A DNA stretch of 64,000 nt, from positions 108,562,001 to 108,626,000 of the forward strand of contig NC_083226.1 in assembly GCF_032191835.1 (NCBI RefSeq), in the 5' to 3' direction. The notes under the pieces were generated by a model, which saw nothing but the letters and a program-made list of their open reading frames with translations, did not search any database and had not been told where the DNA came from. Shown piece after piece: positions 46,872 to 58,569 of this stretch. Numbering within the stretch: position 1 is the stretch's first letter; each line of letters opens with the position of its first letter. The position numbers and the translations under genes are program-made. The DNA is from Heteronotia binoei (lineage: Eukaryota).

Positions 46872-47970
46872 TCACTCTGACTTGTTCTGATTCTCATCTT
46901 TTTCTCCGAGTTGTTTCTGCTTCTCAGCATGCTCCATGGCTTTCCTTTGCAGAAATTTACACAGGTCTTTCCCCTTTACTTCAAACACCGTAAACTTTGG
47001 AACATCTACAGACACACTTTGGGCACCGTATCCCTCCTTTTGAAACAGGGCAACCAGTCTGCAGCAGTAGCAACAGCCTGGGTTTATCTCCTCACTAATG
47101 CATCTGGCCAATAGTGCAAAATCAACAGGTCTGTCCCACACCTGTGTTCAAAGAAGAAAACACATTTTTAGTTCAAATATTGCTTTGTTACATTCACACA
47201 GTTGGTGCAGTTTTATTACACTTACATCAGGGAATAAAGCCTCAATGCATGGGCGGTTGTCTTCTTCTTCCCCCTCCTTGGCTATATCAGCATCCATTGG
47301 AGGCACATGTGTTTGCGCTTCATAAGCCGGGGGTTCCCTCGCCTTTTCCACAGCTTCAGGCACCGTGTCTGCTCCAAAATCTTCAGAGGTATCCTCCACG
47401 TCCGCTCCAGAATCACCGATGGTACCGAGCTCAGCATCTGCTAGGGAATCTTCCTCATCATCTCTTTCATCGCCTGAATCTTGAAAGTGGGCTAGACCCC
47501 CACAGTATGGGTAGTGAAAGGAGTCAGGCCCCCCTGAGTTGACAGCTGCCACATTCTCTATCTAGAAGTTTGAAGAAGCAAAAAAAAAAAAATTAGTATC
47601 CCGCCTCATGAGCATGCCCCCCAATTCCACACACCTCATTTTTAGGTCTTACATTCAGATAGAGCATTTCCTCCACAATCTCCATATTTTCTTGTGCCTC
47701 CCCTCCATGTTCTGATTCCTTGCCATCGCTTTTGGGTGAAAGATGCATCATCTCCTCGTAAACAGGTTCCTCACCAGCATCGGCTTTCCCCCCATCGGTC
47801 TCCACTGGGTTCATATAATCATGAACAGCCTGTTCCAAAGCCGGAACCCCGTCAGCCTCCACAGCATTCATTTCTTCATAAAATGATGGTTCAACAGAGC
47901 CGGGAAACCAAAAGCAACAAATGCTTGCCATGGAGTGGGGGGGGGTCTCCCCTATTTCAAAGAGTTCCAT
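46872..47970 (-). CDS. Predicted 3-exon acidic accessory protein (exons 47970 or 47931 to 47635, 47561-47226, 47141-46872)
   Basis: Two GT-AG phase-0 introns (47562-47634, 47142-47225) fuse three ORFs in frame; AATAAA on minus at 46836-46841. Confidence 0.75.
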
Positions 47971-48289
47971 GGGAAAGCACCACCGACACTCATTGGTGTG
48001 TTTAAATGTCGCAGGGGACACGCCCTGTGACAACCAGGGTCGGCTGACAACATGTCAGATATATGGTACAACGACATTTCTGGCACTTGCACTTCCCACC
48101 TGTAAACTATTGACTTGGGGGGGGGGGTCCTAAAGCAATGTGTCTGTTTTTGAAAACTGTTGCATCTCCACATTTCTCTAAATAACGTCTGTGTTGCAAA
48201 ACACGCTTTTCCTCAAACAATATGAAGCCTGCTACACCAGTGGCTCACCCTCCTTTCCCCCCTTAGGAAACAGCAGGCATTCCTTGGGG

Positions 48290-48450
48290 GGGGGGTGGAT
48301 TTCTAGCCGCCCCCTTGGGGACTGTTGCATCACTCCCCCCATAAGGAAACATACGGCGTTTGTTTTTGTGTGTGTGCGCGCATGTGTGGGCAGGGCAGCT
48401 GTCACTTTGGAATGCGGCTTGATGATGATAGGGTACCCTAACCTACTACT
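48290..48450 (-). repeat. Maverick right TIR
   Basis: Reverse complement of 34290-34450. Confidence 0.95.
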
Positions 48451-49144
48451 TCCCTGCTACGAACTTAATTTCCAGACATTCAGAGTCTCAGTTTAGATCA
48501 GGACTGCAAAATATGGAGAAAGTACTTGTTCCCCTCCCCTGTGCTATTTTCGCAACTCAAAATGGCTCTGGGTCTGAGTGTACTGATGAGTTACCAAAGG
48601 ATGCAAAATCCACCTATGGGGCCATATTCCATGTTGGTAAAATGATGTGACATAATAAAGGATTGTGCTCTGATGTTTTATGGCATACCCAGTTCTCTAC
48701 AAAAAGTTCCCAAACTCCAATTTCAACCATTTAGCTAATCTTCTAAAATATTTTCTTGGTAAGGCCACATGCTAGAAAAACTGCTTATATAGAACTATGA
48801 ATTATTACACAGGATGTGGAATGGTATTGTATAGCCCATTGGAAGCTAAGCAACTTGGATGGGAAACCATCAAGGAAGACTCTGCAGAGGAAAGCAATGA
48901 CAAATCATGTCTGGCCTTGAAAGCCCCTTGCTGGGCTCATTGTAAGTTGGTCTTGATTTGATGGCACTTACACACACAAGCTAAATATACATTTTTAAAA
49001 CATCAAGCACCCATACAAGTTAATGTTGGCACAGAAGCAGTTGGGGGACTAAACAGGGATCTAAGATAACTATACATGGTGGCTTAGATTCCGATAACTG
49101 CAAGTGGAATGGAGTTTGTGGAATTATCTTTCCCAGTTCTTCCT

Positions 49145-50585
49145 TTCTTATAAACAAATTTATTAGTAACATATGGTAGCAGAATTATATCTACAACTTA
49201 TAAAGAGCTTAAAATAAAAAAAAAATCATTCTACCCCATATCTTACTTTCCTCCCACCCCTCCCTCCGTTACTTGACCCCCGCCAGTGTTATTTTTTAAA
49301 AAAAACAAATATTAAAGGTACCTTTAAACTATAAAAATCTTAATCATCAAAAATTGTCCAATGTCCTTTTATTTTCCACTCTTTCTCTACGTATCTTCTG
49401 AATTTCTTCCACTCCTCATTAAAAAGTTCTAAATCATAGTCTCTTAGTTTTCTTGTTAATTTGTCCATTTCACTCCATGACATAACTTTTGTAATCCAGT
49501 CCCATTTTTCTGGTATTTTTTCTTGCTTCCATAACTGCGCATACAATGTCCTAGCAGCTGAGAGCAAGTACCATATTAAAGTTCTATCTTCTTTTGGAAA
49601 TTTTTCCGTTTGTAATCCCAGCAGAAAAGTCTCTGCCTCTTTGTTGAATTCATATCCCAGAATCTTAGAGATCTCTTGCTGAATCATCTGCCAAAACATT
49701 TTAGCCCTCTCACAAGTCCACCACATATGGTAGAAAGAACCTTCATGCTTTTTACATTTTCAACACCTATCTGGCATCTTGTTATTCATCTTTGCTATTT
49801 TTTTTTGAGTCATATACCATCTATACATCATCTTAAAACAGTTTTCTTTAATACTATGACATGTTGCGAGTTTCATAGAGTTCTTCCACAGATACTCCCA
49901 AGATTCCATCTTTATTTCTTTATTTACATTAATTGCCCATTTTATCATTTGAGATTTCACTACTTCATCTTCTGTAGACCATTGTAAAAGTAATTTGTAT
50001 ACTTTTGAGATTAATTTCTCATTGTCTCCAAGCAGAACTCTTTCCATTTCTATTTGTTCTTTCCTTATTCCTTCGGCTTTAATATCATTCTCCATCAAGC
50101 TTTTTATTTGTTGCATTTGAAACCAATCATATTTATAACTCAGTTCTTCTGCAGTTTTCAGTTCTATTTTCCCACTTTGTATTTTTAGTAACTGGTTATA
50201 TGATAGCTGTTTTTCATTAACTGTTTTAGCTGTTAACTTTATCACTTCAGCTGGCACTATCCACAAAGGTCTCCTCTCATCACCATATTTCTTATACTTT
50301 ATCCACACATTTAATAGATTACTTCTTATATAATGGTGAGAGAAAAGACCATCCATCTTCTTTTTTCCGTAATACAAATATGCATGCCAGCCGAATTTTT
50401 TTCCATGGCCTTCCAACACTAAAAGTTTTTTATTTAACAGCGTTATCCATTCTTTCATCCATACTAAACAAATTGCTTCATGATACAGTTTCAAATCTGG
50501 TAATTGGAATCCACCTCTCTCTCTTGCATCTGTCAGTTCTTCCTCATATGTGCCCTGCAACCTTCAAAAACCACTTTTAAGGGGA
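49145..50585 (-). mobile_element. L1/Tx1-clade LINE, 5'-truncated (ORF2 C-terminus + 3' UTR)
   Basis: ORFs 49760-50560 and 49340-49726 with a CCHC knuckle (RC.KC...GSFYHMWWTC). Confidence 0.85.
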
Positions 50586-51215
50586 CCCTGGAAATGGCAG
50601 AGGATGGCACAATTCGCCTTCCTTCTGCACAAGATCATGGTATATTCACTATAAAGCTTATTTCATAATATCTTAGAAGCCCATTTAGTCCCTGGACTGT
50701 CTCTGTGCCGGACTTGCTTGTGTGATTGCATGATATTTTGGTTCTGTTTGTGGTTGTCTGGATCCACATCAATGCCTTTTCGTAAACAGCAAAAAGATGA
50801 AAAAGCTTCAAGAAAATGCTCAAAACCTTTCGAATGATTTGACACAGTATCTAAAGGCTCAGGGATAAATCACTGAGTATAAGAATGTATCCAATGGAAG
50901 ATAAAGACAGTCTCCAATGCATAATGTACAAAACATTATAGGAGTAGCAAAAAGCACTTTTAGTGTAAAGCATGACAACACCTTTATAAGTAATAATACT
51001 GAGTTTGCTCTAGGATTGCTCTGGCTCCATTTGCTCTAATTCCAGTTTGCTCTAGGAGTGCTCTAGGATTGCTCTAGATTGATTTATGATCAGAATTTGG
51101 CACTCTCTCTCTATAGGCACACCCTATAGACTGCTTTGGATAACTGTAGCATCCTTTTGAAGAAGAGTGATTCAATCCAATTGGTTATGTTATGTTTTAG
51201 TGCCAATAATTCTGA

Positions 51216-53541
51216 TTTTATAATTTTTATTGATTTTAACTACAAAAAAGAAGAAGCAGGAGCAAAGATACATAAAAGGGGGGAAAGGGCATGTACAGAA
51301 TGGGAAAAACAGAAACAAAGAAAAGTACAAATATATCAATTATAATCTACCTCCAAATAAAATACCCAATTTGTTCTACCTGCAAGTATGAAGTTCTCCA
51401 TATATTTTACCATCTTTGTCTTTCATTATAATTTTTTTACTAAACTATTACTAGCAATATAAGTCTAAACAATTCTTCTTCAACACAAATAAGTATAAAA
51501 AATTCAAAGCCATCTAGACACAAGATTGGCTGATTTAGCTTAACCATGTTAAGAGCACAGACTAATTTGTTAGCTTGACAATATCCTTATTAAAATAAAC
51601 ACATAAAAATCATACCTTTATCCTTAACAAGTTAAAAAATACAACAATAATTTGTCTATCTCAGTATAAGCAATTTCTCCAGAGGAGCATATTAAAAACA
51701 AATCTGCAAAATTACAAAATAATTGTGCTGTCTGCCTTTTTAACAATTAATCCAACTCTTATATCAGTATGAGCAATTTCTCCAAACAAGCATGCTAAAA
51801 ATAAATCTGCCATATAAGAATAAATGTGTTGTCTTTACCATTGATCCAAATTAACTGTATATTTATCTAACACTTTAACAACACCCTTTCATCCTTAGGA
51901 TCTCCCTTGGCCTTTTAAGGACACATGTCAATTCTTATTAATAATGCCATATTTATTTACCCACAAGGAAAACCAGAACTCAGGAATCCTTCTTCCAGGA
52001 AAATTTTTAAATCTTAATTTTAGCTGCTTAACTTAGCCATATTAAAAATACAAATTCACTTATTGGTTCAACAATATCATCATTACAGTAGGCATAAAAA
52101 CATATATCTTTATCTATTAGATGCAAACCAAATTGAAAAATCATTACGTTATCTATCTACCTAAGTATATAGCCCAAAAATCCCACCTAGCCTTTTAAAA
52201 TCATATATGAATTCTTACTATAAGATACTTACTTTTTCCAACTGCTCAACAAGTTACAATTTGATTACATTATCTATCTTCTTAAAATTTAAAAACTTTT
52301 TGATCCCTTTTGCTTCTATATCCATATTACTCCAAGGAAAACCAACTTGATATAACCCAGACATCACACTTTGCCTTTTAAAATCGCATGTCAGTTGTTA
52401 TTGAGAGTTCCATTTCTAACTATCCACAGAGAGGGAAAAAGTTCAAGAGTCCTTCCTGAAAGATTTCCACATTCTCTCTTCTCAATGCAGCCACCCGTCT
52501 CGGTAATGAGGAGAAGAATTCTGTGCCATTTGTTCCTCTCAGCAGGACTTCATATAATCTTGATTTCAGGTCTTGTTTTGTAACTGCACTATAAGGATCC
52601 ATTCTGGTTTTCTTTTGTTCATTTCATTTCGGAACGGATCACTTTCCCATTCTGATTCTGCAGAAGTCGCCAAAATCTCTTTAGCACTCAGCTCATGTAG
52701 ATTTGAAAGTTCCCTAGCTTTCAGCATAAAAGCTCCCATTTGCTTTCTAATCAACTGCATTAATGAACCAAGATCCTGTTTCAGAGAAGTAATATTCCAT
52801 AATATATCTTTTTATAAGACATTTCGCTTGGCAGTGTCAGCAAACTCAGTCTCTTAATCCAAGTTGAAAAGTAGCTTAAAGATCCTTTTAGATCTGAGAT
52901 TTCAAATGTTATCATTTCAGTTACAGTCGGACGACAGGGACCAATCTCTCTAAAATATATTTCTTTTATGTTCAGACCATATTGCAGCCAAATAATAGTC
53001 TCTTTAATGTACGTCCAATTATAATCTGGGTCGATTTAAGTATTTGTATTCAGTCCAATTCAAGTTATTACCAATACTTAAAATTGCTCTTTGACTTTTC
53101 GAGGCCTCATTTGCAGGGAAAGTAGGTGTATAGTCGACCTCTATCCCTTCCTTTGAGCTGCCTGCTCGTTGTTATGTAAAATGACCCATTAGCCAGTGGT
53201 ATTGAAAGCTCACTTACTTGCAGAGTATAATTGCCATGCTTGGAGTAGAGAGGCGATACATCAAAAACTTACTGAAAGGAGTGAAAGAAAGCAGTCGGAT
53301 GTTCACCTTTTTCTGCTGAGTCAGCTATCATGGTGGCGGAGCCTTGGGACATGCAAGAACAGGAGCAGCTGCCGCTGTACCCCTAACTTCCCGCAAAAGT
53401 CCCATGCCAAAGAAAAACCCCTCCAGGTTCTTCCTGTGGGGGCACCACGTCTGTAGCACCCCTCCAGTCACCTGATTCAAAGTGCTGCAAGAGGACGATC
53501 TGCAGACACCCCTGAAGTCGGGGCGACATAACCCAGAAGTC
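51216..53541 (-). mobile_element. Full-length 2.3-kb non-autonomous LINE-like element (HAL1-like, no ORF2)
   Basis: Perfect 18-bp TSD TAGTGCCAATAATTCTGA (51198-51215, 53542-53559); A-rich tail at the 51216 end; GACTTCTGG start; decayed ORF1-like coding around 52370-52900. Confidence 0.72.
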
Positions 53542-54499
53542 TAGTGCCAATAATTCTGAACCCCATTATTACGTAAGTCCTGTCACATGGATTACTCAAG
53601 GAATAGCTTCAAAAAATCCAGTAAAAATTAAAACACTTCCATAGAATCTATACTTAATATATTTGTGAAGTGCACAATCAAAAATAAAACCAAACCTTTA
53701 AAAAAAACCCCATCAGACATGGGCCCCCATGATCGGCAAACAGTGTTATTCTCCACAAGGCTGCTGCCAGGATTTCTGGTGCCCTAGGCCTTGCCCCTGA
53801 ATCAACATTGGGCAGAATGTGAGAGTGGTGTGGCAGGGTGGGCATGCACTTCTTGGACTCTGCCTTCCCTTGCAGACTCTAAAGAGCACATACACTACTG
53901 TGCTGCACTGCTCCACTACTCTTGCCTTTCCAGGTCTGCACAGACCTAGGAAGGGGAAAGCAGGCAGGGCAGCATGTTCACGTCTCAGAAGGCAGGTTCC
54001 TCCTTGTATGGGAAGGCAGGCTTCAAGTTACACACACACCACCACTGGTGTCCCTTCTCTGCTGCTGCCACCATCTGCCCACAGGCCACAGCACTCCTGA
54101 TGGACAGCAGCAAGGGTGAGCATGACAGGGAAAGGGCACTGGAGGCAGTGGGGTGCATAGCTTGCCCCTGTGTTCAGGTGGCCCATAGGCAGCTGCCTTT
54201 CTGGTCTACTGGGGCATGCTGGCCCTGATTCTCCATAACCTTTTCTGCTTGGAAAAACAATGTGAGAGGGAGGCTTGATGCTCTCTTCTTATACAGCGCT
54301 CTCAAGCCCCTTGAGCAACAGAGTGCTTTGGAAGGTGAGTTCCCCAATCATATGTGTGGCTGCAAGTTATGCAAGACTCTCTTGGGCTGACTCCCATCAC
54401 ATAGATAATCTAATTTGGCCCTCAGACTATGACAGTGGATACTTGGGTTGAAATTCCTATTTGGTCATGATTCAACTCTGGTAGAACCCTTGTGGGCAA

Positions 54500-54640
54500 C
54501 AAGATTATTGGGGTATAACAAAGATACAAAAGAAAGAGCTTTGATTCTCAGGAACTCATACCCTGAAAATCTTGTTGGTTTCTAAGGTACTATTGGACTC
54601 AAATCTAGATATTCTACTGCAGACCAGCCTGGCTACCCTA
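54500..54640 (+). mobile_element. Penelope-derived pLTR-like fragment
   Basis: GAGCTTTGATTCTCAGGAACTCATACCCTGAAAATCTTGTTGG..., homologous to the arms at 11415-11615. Confidence 0.55.
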
Positions 54641-54790
54641 CATTACATAATACGAAATAATGCAATCAGTCAGTATAAGACATTCAATGGACAATGCATT
54701 GTGTCTAGACTTCTTGAATGACAGTGAATGGGATGGCTGTCCCAAGATAAACTATTTCAAAACCATTAGAGTGATTCTATCATACATACA

Positions 54791-55053
54791 GATCAATTTC
54801 CCACTATCCTTATGCCGCTCTCATGCTCCTCTTCTCCACAGGGCTTCCGTTGGATTTCACACTATCTGCCCTGGGGCTGCAACTCACTTTGCCTTTTTTG
54901 GGTGGCAAACAGAAACCGGTTTTTAGAGGATCTTGTTTGCTGTGCAAAAGAGGCAGAGTGAGTTGCAGCTCGGGACAGATAGTGTGAAATCCAATGGAAG
55001 CCCCGCAGAGAAGAGGAGAGTGAGAGTGGTATACGGCTAGTGGAGAATTGGTC
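54791..55053. mobile_element. Foldback MITE (~120-bp arms, 3-bp TSD ACA)
   Basis: Arms ~54791-54915 and ~54930-55053 are reverse complements at roughly 85%. Confidence 0.8.
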
Positions 55054-57229
55054 ACAATGAGTTGGACACAAAGTTAGTTTCTACTAAAAGAAGGTCCTTC
55101 CATTAACAGAACAAAATCTTCCTGTTTCCCACTGTACCCACTGAGCTCTGAAAGTGGTCCTCTATCCCCCAGCACAGGGCTGGTGTCAGCATATCCTCAG
55201 GTGAAGCAGCTGCCAGGGGCCAGAGTTTCTTACTGTTGCCAGCACCCCTTGCCCACTCACTTGGTAGCATTCTACCTCAGCTGACTCCTGCTGCATGCAC
55301 TGCTCAGTGCCACTGGGGAAAGGATAGCAGGAAGCTATAGGCATAGGCACTCGAAGGGCTTGTGAACAGACAAAGGAAGAAGGCACTAGCATGTGGGAGG
55401 CATACTGGTGTGTAATAGGGGAAAAGGGCATGAATACCTAGTGATGGGCAAAGGAGGGGTTGTGGTGGGAGCTCTGACTGCCCCCCCCCCAAACTGGCCT
55501 TGCCTCAGCTGCAATATTTCTGAAACATTGATGTATTACAATGGGGTGTATAGGAAAGTTCTATTCCATTGATAGAAGTGCCTTCAGTGAATGGAAAACA
55601 TAATTTCAGATGGTGCACCCAGAGGAGCTTCAGCATTAACTAATTCTAATAAAGCTGTATTTTTAGAAATCTGTCACTAATAACTTCAATGCTGTTCTTA
55701 ATTTGGCTCCTTCCTCAATGGAAAAAAGTCACAAATCATTACCATTGAGGGGAGCAAGCACTTTACATCCAAGCTCATTGCTTCACACTTGTTGTTAATA
55801 GGACTCCCTTTCCCTTAAGACTCTGTTGTAGGAAACCTCCTTAGATGAAGGAGAAACAGTAACTCTTTTTCTTAACCATTTCACTTCGACAAACATGGCT
55901 GGAGGTCAATGTTTTTCTATACCACCTCTATGTTCAATCAGTTCCTTTTATTTCAAGAATAATGTGGTATACCATCTGTGCTTTGCGAAGGAATGAGAGA
56001 AGAGGTTCTCAAGGAAATAGATTATTTAGCCATAGAATTGTTACTGACAAGAAGGGCTATTATGAGCTTCAAGTTTTAGTATATATACAGGTAAATGCTT
56101 CTGAGGAGGGAAGGAATATAACTCCAGAGCAGCAAAAGACAGTGGTTTTAAAAATGCTTCAATGGATTCTATGAAAAAGTACTTATTTGGCTACTTTGGG
56201 AATGATTCAGACCTGACATGAACAAAGCAATAAGGAAATCCTTATGTACCAGCTGGAAAGGAGAAAAATAATGAGTAACTGGAGATCTCCCATCTGATTA
56301 AACTTTTCTTATAGTTGTAGCTCTGTGCTGTTTGTGGTTTAGAACCATGATGCTGGACAATGTTTTGTCTCCCTGCAGACAAAATTTTGCCCCCTGCCCA
56401 GCAGTGTGATTTGCTCCAGTAGAATAAACTTTAATTTTTCGTGCAGACATTTTCTCTACCAGGACAAGAGCATCCCCAGGGCAATGTTTTACATCAAACA
56501 TAGAAGCAGTACAGAGATTTTTATCTCAGTGAAGGGTGATAGTCCAAGTGGCTCTGCCCTTGCCTGCCATGTGAGCACTATAAAGAGTGGCAGTGGTTTG
56601 AGCTGTGAACTGGGAGGCAGCTGGGAGCTGCCACCTACGCTGTCATCCTGCTGCCCCAGCTGGCCAAGCTGCCTGGCACATCCTCCCACTGCCACTGCAC
56701 CCCAACCGTCCTGCAATACGTTTCATCCATTAAAAGTTTTATGTGTGCTGGAGAAAGATGTGAAACTTTTTTTGGATGAAACGTATTGCATGAGTGAATG
56801 GATAGCATTATAGAATGCTGAGGATCAACTCACGAGGAAGCCCACTCTGTGAAACACTATCCATAAGCTGGTGGGAGTGTTAACGGTTTTCCTGGAACGT
56901 CTTATAGAGCTGATTCATCATCGGGATTCCACTGTGAATTTTTGCTATGACTATTGAAACTGAACTTTGAGTACTTCGAAAGCCTTTTTCAGAAAATCGT
57001 GGAATCTCTGGGATGTTATGACTTAGAAAAGATACAGCATCCTGAACTGTACTGTACTGTGCCTTTTGTATTCATGAGTTATATGAAGATTGTATATATA
57101 TGAATTGTTTTCTATAATATGAGATATATTCAGTTTGTAATGTGAATAGAGTATACACTGTATCTAAAATTCTGTGTGCACAGTCGCTTTGTTTACTGCC
57201 AACTCTCACTGTGTGTTCCTTTTTTGTTT

Positions 57230-57600
57230 GCTATCTCCAGTATGCTCAATTGGAGATGAAACTTTCATGTCTCACTAAAGTTTGTCAGAGAAGTCCATAT
57301 TGTCAGGGCTTTCTCAGTGGCAGAACCAAGAGTCTGGAATTCTCATTCTTGGGGTATGCACCTGACTTATTCCCTTCTGAGTGGCAGAAGGCTTATAATA
57401 ACCATCCTGTTTCACAGGACATTTGATCAGGGCTGATTTTACTCTGGCTAAAATTATTTTATGTTAGTTATGCTAAACATTACTAAGATGATTTTTCTTG
57501 CTCTTGTTTTATTTCTTTATTTTATATTTATTTATTTGGTTGAATTTCAATTTCTATTCTGCCCTTCCTGCGAATAGGCTCAGGGCAGGTTACAGAACTG
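57230..57600 (+). mobile_element. L2-clade 3' fragment
   Basis: CAGGGCTTTCTCAGTGGCAG..CTGGAATTC plus an AT-rich tail. Confidence 0.55.
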
Positions 57601-57617
57601 GTTTTAAAACTATTTCA

Positions 57618-58386
57618 ATGCTTGCAGCCTGTAGCAATGCTGCTAGGCTTCAGTAGCAAGGTTTGCCTCCCTAGGAGAGAAGGGATGATCTACAGCCCAT
57701 TTGGGCGGGGCCAGGCCATTGTAACGGCCAGACCTTTGCTCCCTGCTTCAGTCTTGATGACAATCAGCCCTCTCGCCCGCCCTGTTTGTTATGTAAGCGA
57801 TTGCTGGTCATCTCATGTTTGGGGGGGCCAGGTAGGATATTTTGCTTCCCAGCTGATTGGCAGTTGCTGGGGTGTGTTTTTTGCCTACCCTGCATAGCAA
57901 AACAGTGGATTGTGGATTTGGCTATCAGGAGGTGCTGTTAAATAGGTTGGTCGCTTTAGTTTGGCAGGTTTTTTCTGGATTAGGGTACTATGCGGCTAGG
58001 GGAGGACCATGAAGCATCCCCCTTTTGGGAAATTTGGGGTCTGGCATGATTAATCTTGGGATTTGATGACCCAGGGTGGGAAGAATGCAGACTGTTCCAG
58101 AGGCTCGACTAGAGGGTGCCTTCCATTGAGACGTGCATCTGGTGGTTGGGCCCTCTGGGGCGTGCCTCCCAGCTGGGCCAGCCTGGCAGGAGCTGCGTCA
58201 CACAGCTCTGGCTGGGGGCTGGGTCTCTCGCCTGCGAATGGCAGGGGAGCGGTTTGTTGAGACCCCTAGCCCTGACCAGGCTGCAGTTTGGGTGCCCTTG
58301 CCATTTTATTATGATGATTAATAAAGTGGCCCATTATTTATACCAATGCATTGTGTCCGACTCTTCATTCCGACTTGGGGGGCAAA
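57618..58386 (+). mobile_element. Probable solo Ngaro terminal repeat (A+B)
   Basis: 5' end homologous to 8823 (ATGCTTGCAG..GCTGCTAGGCT); 3' end TTCCGACTTGGGGGGCAAA like 18460; internal GGGGGCTGGGT..CTCGCC motif; AATAAA at ~58320. Confidence 0.65.
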
Positions 58387-58569
58387 CAGCAGACATTACA
58401 AAACTTCAACCCTAACAAGAAGACACTCAGGCTATTTATATAATTCCATGGTGTCCCAATAGTATTCAGTTAGAAAAAAAGGCAAATATCCTTCTCTTGG
58501 CCAGAGTAAGAATTGTGGTGCAGAGTCCTCAGAAATTACCCTTTTAGATGATAGCAGGAGGGGCCAGAT

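Larger units (their letters stand above)
34290..48450. mobile_element. Maverick/Polinton (adintovirus-like endogenous virus), full length, 14161 bp
   Basis: AGTAGT termini and ~160-bp TIRs; 6-bp TSD TCCCCG (34284-34289) / TCCCTG (48451-48456); full core gene set in two convergent modules. Confidence 0.97.

Noticed and set aside
47148-47150. TGA as a simple CGA>TGA nonsense mutation in one long exon
   Set aside because: Possible, but the stop lies inside an 84-bp segment bounded by a perfect GTAAGT donor and a pyrimidine-rich CAG acceptor, so an intron is the better explanation. Kept as the refuting alternative.
46872-47970. Host domestication of the accessory gene inferred from its intact ORF
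   Set aside because: PW, PZ and the protease ORFs are also open, and lesion density is low enough that an open 0.9-kb ORF is unremarkable without dN/dS or orthology data.
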